Of a DNA stretch of 64,000 nucleotides, positions 1 to 12,523 are shown one piece after another (position 1 is the stretch's first letter; each line of letters begins with the position of its first letter). The stretch spans positions 45,067,289-45,131,288 of the forward strand of contig NC_068981.1 of the NCBI RefSeq assembly GCF_001194135.2, given 5' to 3'. The notes below the pieces were generated by a model. It was given only the letters and a program-made list of their open reading frames with translations, was not told the origin of the DNA and ran no database searches. The DNA is from Octopus bimaculoides. Taxonomy: Eukaryota. A program made the position numbers and the translations under genes.

Positions 1-288
1 CGTGTGTGAGTGTCAATATGATTGTGTATACTTGTTTATATATGTATAAGTAAGGTTATATATGTACATATATGTATCTAAGACGTTCTATCAATTCACC
101 GTTAGACGATGGTGAGAGGGGCAAACGCACACACACACACATATATGTGTGTGCGTGTTTACATACGTGTATATGCATATGTATATATGTGCGTATATAC
201 AACCTTCAACAAAGTAACTGTCATGTATACAACTTGAACTGACGCACATATCAGTACATAAACATATATTCACATGTACATACATATG

Positions 289-320
<32 letters not shown>

Positions 321-515
321 CACACACACAAACACGTCTACACACTTACCCTATTACTCACATACATTCATAAGTACATACGTGCGTACTCGCATACATA
401 CATATATACATATATACATACATGTGTATAGGCATGCACACATGTACACGCACATACATACATACATACATACATACACACATACATACATACACATGTA
501 CATATATATCATGAA
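1..515. repeat. Compound (AT)/(AC)/(ACAT)n microsatellite tract
   Basis: Direct reading; the overlapping ORFs are HT/CV dipeptide repeats. Confidence 0.9.
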
Positions 516-1249
516 CTAACTATTACTTTCTCAGATGCAGCCCAGAATTTTGTCAGTGAACAGGTCACGGTCTCAAAGCGATGAAAATATTTTGACAAAT
601 TAAATTTAAATGTTGAAGTGAATCTTACGGACTGTGTGTGTTATTTTAAATGGCTTATAAACACCTTCCACGCTGCAATTGAATATGTATATATATATAC
701 ATATATTATTGTACCACTAAAGCAAAACTCTAAAAAAAAGATGTACTCCATCTAGTGAGAGGTAAATATCATTTACTGTACATAAAATAAACATACAAGC
801 TGCTTATATTTGTTGCTTGGAGATGCTGGTCTTTGTAGGTTTACACAAGAAGCCTTGTGTTTCTAAGCAATTTACAGGCTTTGAGCATCTATTCTATTCA
901 ATCTAAACATCAAAGTACCCGGCGAAGAAAGAATCCGAGTGAAAACGAAACGAGTAAATTAGAGTTACGTTCCATTCGGACGTAGAACAATAATTAAGCT
1001 AGCTGTTGTACAAAAATATCGTAGAGATAAGTCAAGAGTCCATGTGAGAGCAATTCAATTTGAACAGAGGTGTGGCCTCCACTCTTCCAAAGAAATGTTC
1101 CCATCTTTTATTATTTCCTGAAAATTTCGGACGTGGAATTTAGTAGGGTGTTGAAATTTTTACATCTGATTTTTACTTATATATATATATACATACATAC
1201 ATATATATATATGTGTGTGTGTGTGTGGATAGGCGCTTGCAAGTGTGCA

Positions 1250-1785
1250 CGTATATAAATATATCGATATTTATATCTATAGTTCCAGCTTACACAAAGT
1301 ACAAACAACAGAGAAAAATAAGGCGATATAAGAAAGGTGTTATAAATCAAACAGCTGTTTCTGGGTTCTCGAAGATCTATAATCATTTTGGTAGATGTGA
1401 TTCATCTCAATATGTGGCCGTAATGAATACAAACGACACTGAATGAGACGAGACTCCATCATCTGTGTAGAAAAGATCTTACATTTCAGATCATAATGCA
1501 GAGATGTTCAAAGATGATCTTTGAAATCCTTTGCATTACGAACTGCATTGTAAGATCTTTTCAATCCTCATGAAGGAGGCTCATCTTGACCAATGTTATT
1601 CGCATCCATACGACTGAATATTGTGATGATCATAACCTACCAACACTTTTATGGATCTCCGAGCACCCATAATTTTATACCTTGGATTTATACCACATTT
1701 CTTGCAATATTTTCATTCTCTCTGTCGTTTGTACCCAGTGTAAGCTGAACCTATTAAGATAAATATCTCTATATATTCATACTTA
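1250..1785. repeat. Long imperfect palindrome (two ~265-bp inverted arms, centre 1516)
   Basis: TTCAAAGAT(1507-1515)/ATCTTTGAA(1517-1525) and GAAAAGATCTTACA(1470-1483)/TGTAAGATCTTTTC(1549-1562) are perfect reverse complements; 1286-1314 matches the reverse complement of 1719-1747 at 25/29. All are symmetric about 1516. Confidence 0.9.
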
Positions 1786-1948
1786 AAAATGCGTTGTCTA
1801 AACATCTACGGTTTTTGCCTTCTCTCGTTGTGCATGTGTACATATATATTTTTTTCCATTTCACACTCAAACTCATATTTAGCACATATAATACATTTAA
1901 TGTATTTAGTTTGCTTATTGCCTCTCTTTGTCTTTCTCTGCCTATCTG

Positions 1949-1983
<35 letters not shown>

Positions 1984-2049
1984 ATGTGTGTGTGCGTATA
2001 TATATATATATATTCATATAAATCATCTTTGAACCTCGGGTGATGAGAA

Positions 2050-2950
2050 ATTGCAAACGGTACTTAGGTGTCTTGTTTAATCTGTGAATATACAACCTAC
2101 ATAAATTAATCCTCTGAAGTCCCTACTCCATGGAACCAATAACAGTATTCAAATCACAATGGAATTTAGCCATAACCAACTACTCTTCTGAGATATTTTG
2201 ATTGTTATGATTGGCTGAAAATAGAATGTGATATCTATTACATACCAACAAACTCTAAAAAATACCTACTATTTTCCTCCCCATGCCACCGAAAATAAAC
2301 CGAATCCAAATATCCCTGTGGTTTACTAGAGAATGGAACACAACACACCAAATAATTAGGTATTGAAGCATTACGTAATGTTAGAAATATTTCAGATACT
2401 CCCAAAATTATATCATTACTTACAACACAATAACCAAGAAACATAGAAATATTGAGTATTATCCATCAGAACAAGCGTTAGTGACCCAAAACCCCGGAAT
2501 GACAAATTCAGTTGAATCGCACAAAATAATCATCTGCAAAGGTCTACCAAAGACCCTAACCTACTAACCCAACGATACAACTTTTGGTCTCAATTCCAAC
2601 AGTTGAAAATACAGCCGATCTTAATGAGGAATTTGTGAGAACATTATTGAATTTAAATAAGGACAAGATCTTACTATGAAAAAAAAACATTTTACTTGTT
2701 CTTCAAAACAATTATGCATTGCAGGCACGGCAAATTAAATTAATTTTGACGATGAAGTTGAATGTTCATCGTCAACAAATGCGTGATATTAAAACTAGAA
2801 TATCTGGACACGTCTGTGGAGACCAAATCGCCCAATTTTCTTGTCTTTCAACTGTACCTATGTCGGGGATAAGACTCCAGACAGAACAAAAAATGACTAA
2901 GTAGAACTGATTTGTTAAAAAATATTAGCCACTGTTGAGTGAGCAGTAAA
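2050..2950 (+). mobile_element. Degraded Penelope-like retroelement (RT C-terminus/thumb + GIY-YIG endonuclease)
   Basis: Frameshifted translation NCKRYLGV.. (degenerate RYLDD), SIQITMEFSHNQLLF*DILI, ECDIYYIPTNSKKYLLFSS; ORF 2719-2904 (KLNVHRQQMRD..GHVC) resembles a PLE GIY-YIG domain. Confidence 0.75.
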
Positions 2951-3689
2951 AAAAACATCAGTAATACATGATCATTCTTTTCCCCTTAAATATTTACAGT
3001 AGAATGTTTTACTTGGACTCATTCTTAAGAATTCAAATTCATGTAGCATATATTATCTATCCAATTTACTCCAAACTTTGTTAACAAAAAGGGGATATGG
3101 TTTTAAATGTTCAATGTGAGAGAACAAGTCCTATTTGATAACAGTGTTCTTCCACATAAATTTAACCAATGCTTATGAATAACACTTTTATGTATATATA
3201 TATTATATCATAAGACTATTTTCTTCCTGTCATATGACATACCCATTGGTGAAAAGGTGTTATGTGACCTTCTTTTGCAAAGTTTATTAAGTTTAATACA
3301 TGAGCGATGACCAGTCCATTTTTACGTTAACCAATCATTTGGTTGACCAATTTATACGTTAATAAATAATAACATTTTGAGCTATACTCTTATTCAAATT
3401 ATATTTGTAACACCGGCCAGAATAGACATAATGCGCATTATAGTTCCATATACCATATAGTTTTAAAATCTAATTTGAAACGTGTAAAATCGGATTCCTA
3501 TATTATAAAATATAATCATATAGTAATGAATTCATATAAATTCTGTGTGTAATTTCAACTTCATTTCTTCAATTTCATTCTACACAGACACACGGATAAA
3601 CACAAACCCACATATGGACACAAACAAACACACACGTACACACACGAGCTCACACACGCAAACAAACACACACACGCACACACATACAT

Positions 3690-3736
<47 letters not shown>

Positions 3737-4854
3737 TATGTATATATGGATATTTATATCAATACTGTCTCATTTAATAATTTATAATATTTAATAAAGT
3801 TTAATTAGATTTAAAATGCGTAATGATGAGCATTCTAAGTGAGAAAGAATTTTCATGTGTATTACACAACAATATATTTCCTTTATTCGTAAACAATATT
3901 AGCTCTCTCCAAAATGTGTATATATTCAAAACATCATTCATCTAAGGATTAGGCAGAAATATAAATAAAATCATTTCTGAATATTTTTCTATGTTGAAAA
4001 ACCATGGATTTGTAGGAAATAGCATGTTATTCATAGCTTCCATTTCCACTATACACATTTAATAACAGCAATGGATTACAATGTTAAATAACATTATGAA
4101 ACTTATTTCTTAATATCCTTGCTAGTGATAATTTATCGCATTTTAAAATTACAAAAAAACTATTTCTATTCGTTTATACATTACCTTCATAACGTACTTT
4201 ATTACGATACATTGCATTTTGATTATACATATGCGAAGACACACACACACGCACACACACATTCATACCTATACGTACACTCACACGCTCACATGCACAC
4301 ACAAGCAAACGCACACCACATACAGATACACACACATATATATAATTACTGTATATACTTTATAGCTTAATTTGAATATTGTGACTATATTAATGTAAAT
4401 CACGATGCTCACTGTTGGTGACTTTTAATGAAGAAATTCTAATTCTGAATTGAATGCTGATATACTTATTCATGTATGCAGCTATGGTCAAACGTTTTCC
4501 TACAGTACTACATTTCGTTCCCTTCCTCGGTTTTTCAAAAGTTAGTTATGTCTATGTGCATGTGTGTACGTATGCATCATGTGTGTGCTTGTGTGTGTGT
4601 GTGTGCGTGTATTTACGTACTTTCGAACGTATGTATGAAGCGTCGAATATCCGTTAATGACAGTTGTATTAAATTAGCATCCCAGTGTCGATGCATACTT
4701 GTTGCTTACACATCGCTGTTTTCCCTTTCACTGACATTCGCTACACTCACTATGCCACCATACTTCCCTCACACTAAGACACTTTGCAAACTTCACATTT
4801 TATCAAATCACTCTACGGTTCCCATTATAGATTTTTAGTGAAATCCAATAAGTC

Positions 4855-4985
4855 TATGATTGAACTGGAATCTCGTTCAACATATATCCAAAGTTTCGTC
4901 AAGATTGGTTCACTGGTGTAGGCAGCAAGATAGTAACAGACTGATCGACAGACAGCAATTGGCATGTCTGTAAAAGACATGTATA
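4855..4985 (+). mobile_element. Possible non-autonomous Helitron/Helentron 3' fragment
   Basis: AAGTTTCGTCAAGATTGGTTCACTGGTGTAGGC..GTAACAGACTGATCGACAGACAG resembles the recalled 3' region of invertebrate non-autonomous Helitrons with an (ACAG)n tract. Confidence 0.4.
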
Positions 4986-4997
4986 TCTATATGTATA

Positions 4998-5029
<32 letters not shown>

Positions 5030-5830
5030 NNNNNNNNNNNNNNNNNNNNNNNNNNNNNNNNNNNNNNNNNNNNNNNNNNNNNNNNNNNNNNNNNNNNNNN
5101 NNNNNNNNNNNNGTGTGGGTGTGTGTGTGTGTGTGTGTATTCTATCCATCTGTCATACTGTAAAACAATTTCATCATTGTCAAGGTAGAAGTAGTCATTT
5201 GGGAGGGAAAGCCCAACATTTGATGGAAACAGCTTGCTTCCAACGTCTAATAATCCTATTAAGCTCTTCAAATGGAGGTATTTTTGACAGTGTACAGTGG
5301 TTAAAATTATGAACTTCAATAGCGATAACTGAGCGAGTTGCATCACGAGATGAAGTAGACTTTAATATTTGAAACTATTATCCTTCCATTTACCTATGCA
5401 GCAGTTGAAGCATGATTATGGATCCCAATCTATTTAAGCTCTTTATAATTTCGCCTTGCTCACACGATTTTCGCACCTCCAGCATATCCTCAATCCATCT
5501 GTATTCTGTTAAATTTTGCGCATATGTAATTGTGTTGATCGACCATTTTGACTGTTCCCTTCTCTGAAGTTATGATATTGCAGCCAGTTATGTTCATATG
5601 TAAGTGTATTGACTAACTTTAATTCGATTTGTTTGAAATTCTTTGTTCGTAAACTGTTCAGAGAAGATGCTTAAGAGAGAGAGGAAAGAGAGAGAGAGAT
5701 ATCGGAAGGAGAGAGAGAGAGGGGGCGGTAAGAAATAGGAAAAATATCTAAACTTGTCCAACGGCAATTTTAATTATAAAGTGATTGTTCTGAACTTTCC
5801 CTCGAAAATCACATTAAAGAGTATTTTGAA

Positions 5831-5936
5831 ACGAATTGGCCAGCGACTAATTGACCTGGGGATACATTGAACAACGTCGAATTGCCCGAAGAGTAATTAA
5901 CCAGCGACGAAATAACCGGGAACGAATTGTCGTAGC
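5831..5936. repeat. Seven degenerate ~15-bp tandem units, consensus ACGAATTGACCAGCG (possible Mutator-like subterminal repeat)
   Basis: Units start at 5831, 5846, 5861, 5877, 5892, 5907 and 5922. Confidence 0.7.
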
Positions 5937-6319
5937 TCATGGGATGAGCTCCTGGATGCTAAGTACATTCCAGTCCAGGGAATAAGGAGTCATCATTTCC
6001 CTTTTCCCCTCCTTTATACGGCCACACCTTGTAAACTGCTGTCCCTGTGATCTTCCAATACAAATCAAAGTATCTCGAAAATTGAATCATCTATGAAACA
6101 ATGCGAACAGGTGTGCAACACCATATGATATATTGTTGGTTATATATTCTTTATTGTTGGCTTAACTAGGCTACAACTGGTTTCATGTTAAGAGCGGTAT
6201 ACTTAGGCATATAAGACACATTATCATCAGTTTCATTGTGACATTTAACTGATTCAGTATTATAATTTCATAATCCTTTCCTTACTCCTAATGTCACAAA
6301 AGTTGAAATATAGAGCGAG

Positions 6320-6468
6320 GGAACACTAGTTTTGCGCTACTACTTAATTTATCGACTGCGATAGGAAGCAAACCAAAGTTAACTTCTACGGAATTTGAAC
6401 TCAGTGTGTAGCGGCTGGCCGAATGCTGCTAAGTATTTCGTCTGGTGTGCTAACGATTTTGCCAGCTC
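6320..6468 (-). mobile_element. tRNA-derived SINE, family A (GAGCTGGCAGAATCGTTAGC head)
   Basis: Reverse complement shows the GAGCTGGCAAAATCGTTAGCAC head and a B-box-like GAGTTCAAATTCC; homologous to copies at 13121, 36008, 45253 and 52978. Confidence 0.8.
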
Positions 6469-7114
6469 TTCATAATATCAACAATTAATCAATTCATACT
6501 TCAGTAAATTACTTGTTTTATCCTTTTAGTTATCAAATTTGTGAACGTCTGTAATACAAATTGAATTGCATTATATGCTGTTTAGTGCAAGTGAAAGGAA
6601 AACATTTTTGTTTACCCCTATCTTCAAATTTATTTGCCTTGCTAATACACTGAACGCTTAATCTTAAACGGATATCCGATATATGGGTTTCTGAAACAGA
6701 ATTGGCTTTATTACGACCTGGCGATATCGTAAATCTTTTGTTAGGAAACGCTAAGATTTCGCCCAGATGATTTCAATCGCATATCATTACTCAATTCAAA
6801 TATATATTACACTCGGGAGCAAGAACTGGATTAGAGTTTTATGGATTCCCATATTTACATAGAAATATCATTTTGGCCTATACAGTGTTGCGCCAGAATA
6901 TTATACTATAAATTCAGAATTTAGATACTTAAATCAAGAAATCCAGAAAGAGAGTTTAGCGCAATTGATATAGTTAAAATTCTTAGCAGTACTCTGCATG
7001 CATATTATCTGAGCACTGTCCATTATTTAAGTACATTAAGTTATATTTTCATAATAACTGACGCATCTATTTCTTCATCTATTTTTACATGTACGTATGT
7101 GTATGTTTCTGTAT

Positions 7115-7296
7115 ACCACAACCCGAAAGGAACATGGAGATTAAATAACCTACACATCTTCAGAGGAGAAAGGAACTACTATAAGAAACATTTCACATAG
7201 TAAGACTTTTACCAAACACTCTACTCTTATTGCATACCATCCGTTGTCCAAATAAAGACAAACATGCTGCATTCAAAATTGAAATGTCAACATATA
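7115..7296 (+). mobile_element. Short degraded Penelope-like RT thumb fragment
   Basis: Translation ..PNTLLLLHTIRCPNKDKHAAF.. resembles the PLE thumb (KPTNT.L.LH..S.HP..K); may resume after the SINE at ~9612 (CCSS..YFHIEV). Confidence 0.35.
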
Positions 7297-7330
7297 GGCG
7301 TAGGAGTGACTGTGTAGTAAGTAGCTTGCT
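7297..7330 (+). mobile_element. 5' head of family-B tRNA-derived SINE, interrupted by a LINE
   Basis: GGCGTAGGAGTGACTGTGTAGTAAGTAGCTTGCT matches the head of the intact minus-strand copy ending at ~19643. Confidence 0.8.
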
Positions 7331-9255
7331 AACCCATTGCGCATGTGCGTCAGTCTTGCTGTTTTCCGTTAACCAATGTGGACGTGAGTTTTGGGTCGGT
7401 CCAAAAAAAAAAAAAAAGAGAAAAGAACAATTTGAAGAGTTCGCCGGGCTAAGTCCGTTTTGTTGCTCAGCTGGGCAATACTTTATTGATTGTATTTATT
7501 TTTTCAGTAGGTTTTTGTCTAGCAGTGTGGCATCTTTGCTTTCCTTGGCAAATTTTTTGTGTGTTCGTTATACGAACAAAATTGTGTATTCGCTGTCTGT
7601 GGTAGGCGTGTTCGCTATACCATAGCGGTGAAAATTTTTATTTGTGGCTTTTTAGTCGAAAAAACTTTGTGTGAAGATACTGTGCGCCAATTTGGGGGCG
7701 TGTCCGCCCAAAGATTTGGATTTTACCATTCCTGATGGCCCGGAGTACCTGTTGGCCGAATACGGTTGTTTCTTTTGCCGTGTAGAACTGTTTTTTTTTC
7801 CTTTTCTCCTCTCAGTCTGTCTCTTTTTATGAACTGTGTGTTTGTATTAACTTTTTATTCAACGTCTTTCTTTTGTAAACATTTTTATTTATTTGACTTT
7901 TTAACATGGCAAACAATAATAAAGTGACTGCCTTGGAGTGGGAGGTTGTTCCGCCCAAGCAGTGGGTGAAAGACTTACAAAATAGAGCGGTGGTGCTAAG
8001 GACCTATTCTAGGTCGCTTGGCACCATCGTACGGGACGCTATAGAGAAAGAACTAGCAGATTATCTGCCCACTGTTAAATATATCTTTCGGGGGGGGGGC
8101 ACATTTTCAACGGTCTGGTTGCTGTTTGGTACCCCCGAGGAGGCTGGTACATCTGCCAGCAGGCCCCTGGAGGGGCGCAAAATTTTTTTGCACCCCTCAT
8201 ACCGTGGGAAAAATAGTTACAGCCTGGGTATGTGGACTGCTCCCAGGTACCAAGGCCGGATGGATTGCTGATGCCATCCGGCAGGGCTTGGGGGAAAGAA
8301 TATGTGCCCCCCCCCATTGGCTGGGGAGACGGAGAATGTCGTGGAGGCACTCGTAGAATTAAAGTCTGTGAGAAAANNNNNNNNNNNNNNNNNNNNNNNN
8401 NNNNNNNNNNNNNNNNNNNNNNNNNNNNNNNNNNNNNNNNNNNNNNNNNNNNNNNNNNNNNNNNNNNNNNNNNNNNNNNNNNNNNNNNNNNNNNNNNNNN
8501 NNNNNNNNNNNNNNNNNNNNNNNNNNNNNNNNNNNNNNNNNNNNNNNNNNNNNNNNNNNNNNNNNNNNNNNNNNNNNNNNNNNNNNNNNNNNNNNNNNNN
8601 NNNNNNNNNNNNNNNNNNNNNNNNNNNNNNNNNNNNNNNNNNNNNNNNNNNNNNNNNNNNNNNNNNNNNNNNNNNNNNNNNNNNNNNNNNNNNNNNNNNN
8701 NNNNNNNNNNNNNNNNNNNNNNNNNNNNNNNNNNNNNNNNNNNNNNNNNNNNNNNNNNNNNNNNNNNNNNNNNNNNNNNNNNNNNNNNNNNNNNNNNNNN
8801 NNNNNNNNNNNNNNNNNNNNNNNNNNNNNNNNNNNNNNNNNNNNNNNNNNNNNNNNNNNNNNNNNNNNNNNNNNNNNNNNNNNNNNNNNNNNNNNNNNNN
8901 NNNNNNNNNNNNNNNNNNNNNNNNNNNNNNNNNNNNNNNNNNNNNNNNNNNNNNNNNNNNNNNNNNGGAGTGATGAAAATTGTGAATTTGTAATATATTG
9001 AAATTGTGTAAAAAATTGTAATATCGATAGTGAAAGAGGTTTGCAACCTCATATGTGTTTTTTAATGGAAAAAAAAAAGAACACTCTTTTCGAGGGGTTA
9101 TCAGTCGGCTGGCGCTGGTGCCTCTCTCATTATTTGTTTCATCCTTATCAGCCTCCTCTCATTAACGTCCATGTCCAGCCTGCAGTTACTTTATGTCTGT
9201 CTATCTTTGTTTGTCCCTTCTATGTAACACCATTATTGGCGAATTTATTGAAATA
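7331..9255 (+). mobile_element. L1/Tx1-like non-LTR retrotransposon flanked by 12-bp TSD AAGTAGCTTGCT (interior in gap 8377-8967)
   Basis: TSD at 7319-7330 and 9256-9267; ~570-bp 5' UTR; GC-rich ORF1; 3' end with A-rich terminus resembling that of the L1/Tx1 ORF2 copy at 13931-15435. Confidence 0.7.
7906..8376 (+). pseudogene. Retrotransposon ORF1 (gag-like) with two homopolymer frameshifts
   Basis: MANNNKVTALEWEVVPPKQWVKDLQNRAVVLRTY..HPSYRGK / KIVTAWVCGLLPGTKAGWIADAIRQGLG / PLAGETENVVEALVELKSVRK; frames switch at A5 (8209-8213) and C9 (8307-8315). Confidence 0.65.
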
Positions 9256-9612
9256 AAGTAGCTTGCTTACGAACCACATGGTTCCGGGTTCAGTCTTCTA
9301 CTATAGCCTCGGGCCGATTAAAGCCTTCTGAGTGGATTCGGTAGCCGGAAACTGAAAGAAGCCCGTCGTATATATGTATATATATATATATGTATGTGTG
9401 TGTATATGTTTGTGTGTCTATGTTTGTTCCCCCAACATCGTTTGACAACCGATGCTGGTGTCTTTACGTCCCCGTAACCTAGCTTTTCGGCAAAATAGAC
9501 CGATAGAATAAGTACTAGGTTTACAAAGAATAAGTCCTGGGGTCGATTTGCTCGTCTAAAGGCGGTGCTCCAGCATGACCACAGCCAAACTACTGAAACA
9601 AGTAAAAGAGTA
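9256..9612 (+). mobile_element. Family-B SINE body (central microsatellite, tail ..GACTGAAACAAGTAAAAG-like)
   Basis: Collinear with the reverse complement of 19215-19643; has a ~27-bp deletion after GGGTTCAGTC. Confidence 0.9.
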
Positions 9613-12487
9613 TATTTCTAATGTTGTAGCTCTTAAAACCATAGAAAACAGTATTTCCATATCGAGGTTTTAGCATTGCCAATGACTTTATACACTTTCG
9701 TTGTTGTGAGACTGGTACTTTAATTGCTGTCTACGATTTTATATAATCTCTGATCTGAAACCAAATAAATAAGTGTAATACGACAAAAATATAAATTTCT
9801 AGCTTTTAGAATCAAAAGCATTCTTTGCTGCAATTCTGAACTGATTTGTTTACAAATGTAGTCTGAAACTCGATGACCTACAAATAACGAACGGAAAAGT
9901 ACAGCATAACAATTCTGAGAAATCTATAGTCCAATGAACGACAAAGAGGAGTCAGGAAAGTGTTCTTTCTGTTCATCATGGCCTATACACACTTATTGCA
10001 AGGCATTAACCCACTATCTATGCTGACAATCAAAACCTAGCATCGCCAAAACTTAATTCAGCACCACCAGATATTGTTACTTCACGAAATGCTGTCGTCA
10101 CTACAGTCTAAATTCACCACTAATCCACAAGAATTTCTATTCTGCTTGGAAGCAGCGAATGCAAAGACGTGTTGTCGTTAAATAAACAATATCGCTGCCT
10201 CCAGACATATCGCCGACAGTTACCTACCTACATCGTGTCTGACCAAGACCTGATAACAGGGATTCTGGTAGTTTCGAAACAAATAACATCACATGATCTG
10301 AGGGAACCAATACAGTCCTAAAATATTGAAGGCATGTTGAATTAGGTCGTTCTAAGTGTCTCGCAGTGCATTTCCTTATGATGGGATGCAGGGGAAAGAA
10401 GTGAATGCTAGAATCGCAGGTACTGGCACATTTATGCGTTATCTTCAACATTGAATCTTCGAAAGAGATGTGTGGGTGTGTGTAAAAAATGAAATCAAAT
10501 TTTCGGTAATGAAAGATAGTTTACGATCGTGACTACAATCAGTCGAAATGGGGTTCCACTAAATTATCTTTCCACTAAGGTCTGCGAAAGAATGTGAAGC
10601 TCAGAGTTTAGGAGTCTGTGTTGGGATGTCTCAGATCTAGTATTGCTGCCATATAGCTATAATGTAGCAAGAAAGTATCGCTAGATATATTTTTCAAGGC
10701 GAGGCAAACTGCGGGAGACATGGAGAGTGACAAATAACCGTTCGTTTTCTTGCATAATATTCATTATAATTGTTGAATCCCGAAGGAAAGTGTGATGGCG
10801 GGTACCTCTCGTAGGTCCCTATTAAAGAGGTACCTGAAGAATCTGCTACTGCGTCTCTCCGAGGAATAGTGGACATCGATGTTGGATAGAAGATGGATAA
10901 ATATATATATATTAGATAAAATGATTAATAGGGACTAAGATTACTTGTAGAATATATTTCTACTGATTTACTACAATATGCTGCTCGGGATGTGGATGAA
11001 AAATGATGATTGAAACTGCTGTTTATTGTTGCTATATGACACGTATAGATACGTATAGACACGCACACCTATTTAAACACAGAATTATCATACATATATA
11101 CACGAACTTATGTATGTATGTATGTATGTATGTACGTATATATGTATATGTATATGGCATTATCGTCTTTATATGTTAGTTAGAACATCAGAAAAAAATA
11201 CATGAGACATGAAGGAAGCAAAAATGTATCACGAGGCCGAAACCTTAGCGTTATAACACAGTGGCCTCCATCAATAACAAACAAGAATCCGTGTGAGGAG
11301 TGACAAAATTGATTAACTTAACTACCATATCCATGACGAAATGTTCGTACGCGAATAGCAATCGTCACGTCTGGCGTAATAATGAAACTGCAAGCCCGAC
11401 ATTCTTCATTATTAATCGAATTCTGAAGAACAAAATGCGGCGTTGAACAATATTTCCTAAATCAGTTATTTCTTTGTTACAGCTGTTAAGCATAGGAAGT
11501 ATTCACGTTGTACATTGGAAATTACACACCTTATCTGCATTATTTAAACCAACCTTAGTTACTATGTCTGAAATACATTTGAGAAAAAGTGTCAGTTGAT
11601 ACATAATATGGCAGCTGTCGCTTAAGATAAAATTTCTATAAATACAAGAGGGAGTTAGTTTATGATGCTTGAAAGTCTCACTATATAAAGTAAAGAATCC
11701 TAAAAGTTAGATGCTTCTATACTTCCATAACTTTAAGTTGGATATATTTATAAGACGTACTCATATTTCACCAGAGAGAAAGCGCCATATTAATTCAACA
11801 TCTATTTATATTTATTTCAATATATTTTTTAGTTTGATATCTCTTTACATTCCTTTTTAGCTGCTTCTACGTCACAACCTATTGTAATCACATTCTCAGC
11901 TGTTGCTTTGCCCATGAGTTATTAGCTGAAATTACTCCTCAAGATTATAATTAAGTTAGACCTAAGAAAAGAATGACTTCAACATACATACATACATACA
12001 TACATATATACATACAGGTTCATGTAATAAGTAAGTATATGTGAGAAGTGTATGTATGCATTCAAGAATGACGTTTCTTCTCAAAATGTATAGTTAATTG
12101 CAGAAAACGTTCACCGAAAGACCCTCTAGCTAATGAGAATGTATAAATGTCGATACCAATACTTCGATAATCATTTATAAAATTACGCTTTTAGGTAATT
12201 TGGGGAAACGAATTGAGCTGTATATTAAGCTCTAATTGCATATATATACCAACCACGCCTACAAATTATCATCAACTAATATTCTTGTTATCGATTCCAG
12301 AAAGACAATGATTAATTACCGTATAATATACTTAATTAATATTTCCTCCCCAATAATGCTTATTAGAATTTAAAAAAAAAAACATATTACGGGTAATAGC
12401 ATTACCACATTCATACACATACACACATGTATGTATATATATATATATATATGTGTTTATGTATGATTGTAAGAACCCATATTCACA

Positions 12488-12523
<36 letters not shown>

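Noticed and set aside
5330-5640. Possible minus-strand RTE-like LINE C-terminal remnant
   Set aside because: Only a vague resemblance (..RWIEDMLEVRK..); no diagnostic motif.
6170-6215. Reverse-strand CCTAAGTAT..CATGAAACCAGTTGTAG as another hammerhead-like motif
   Set aside because: Core and stem II are too degenerate to support.
9700-10900. Moderately GC-rich stretch with short ORFs and a 9-bp inverted repeat (10800-10834)
   Set aside because: No recognisable protein motif in any frame; the short IR is expected by chance.
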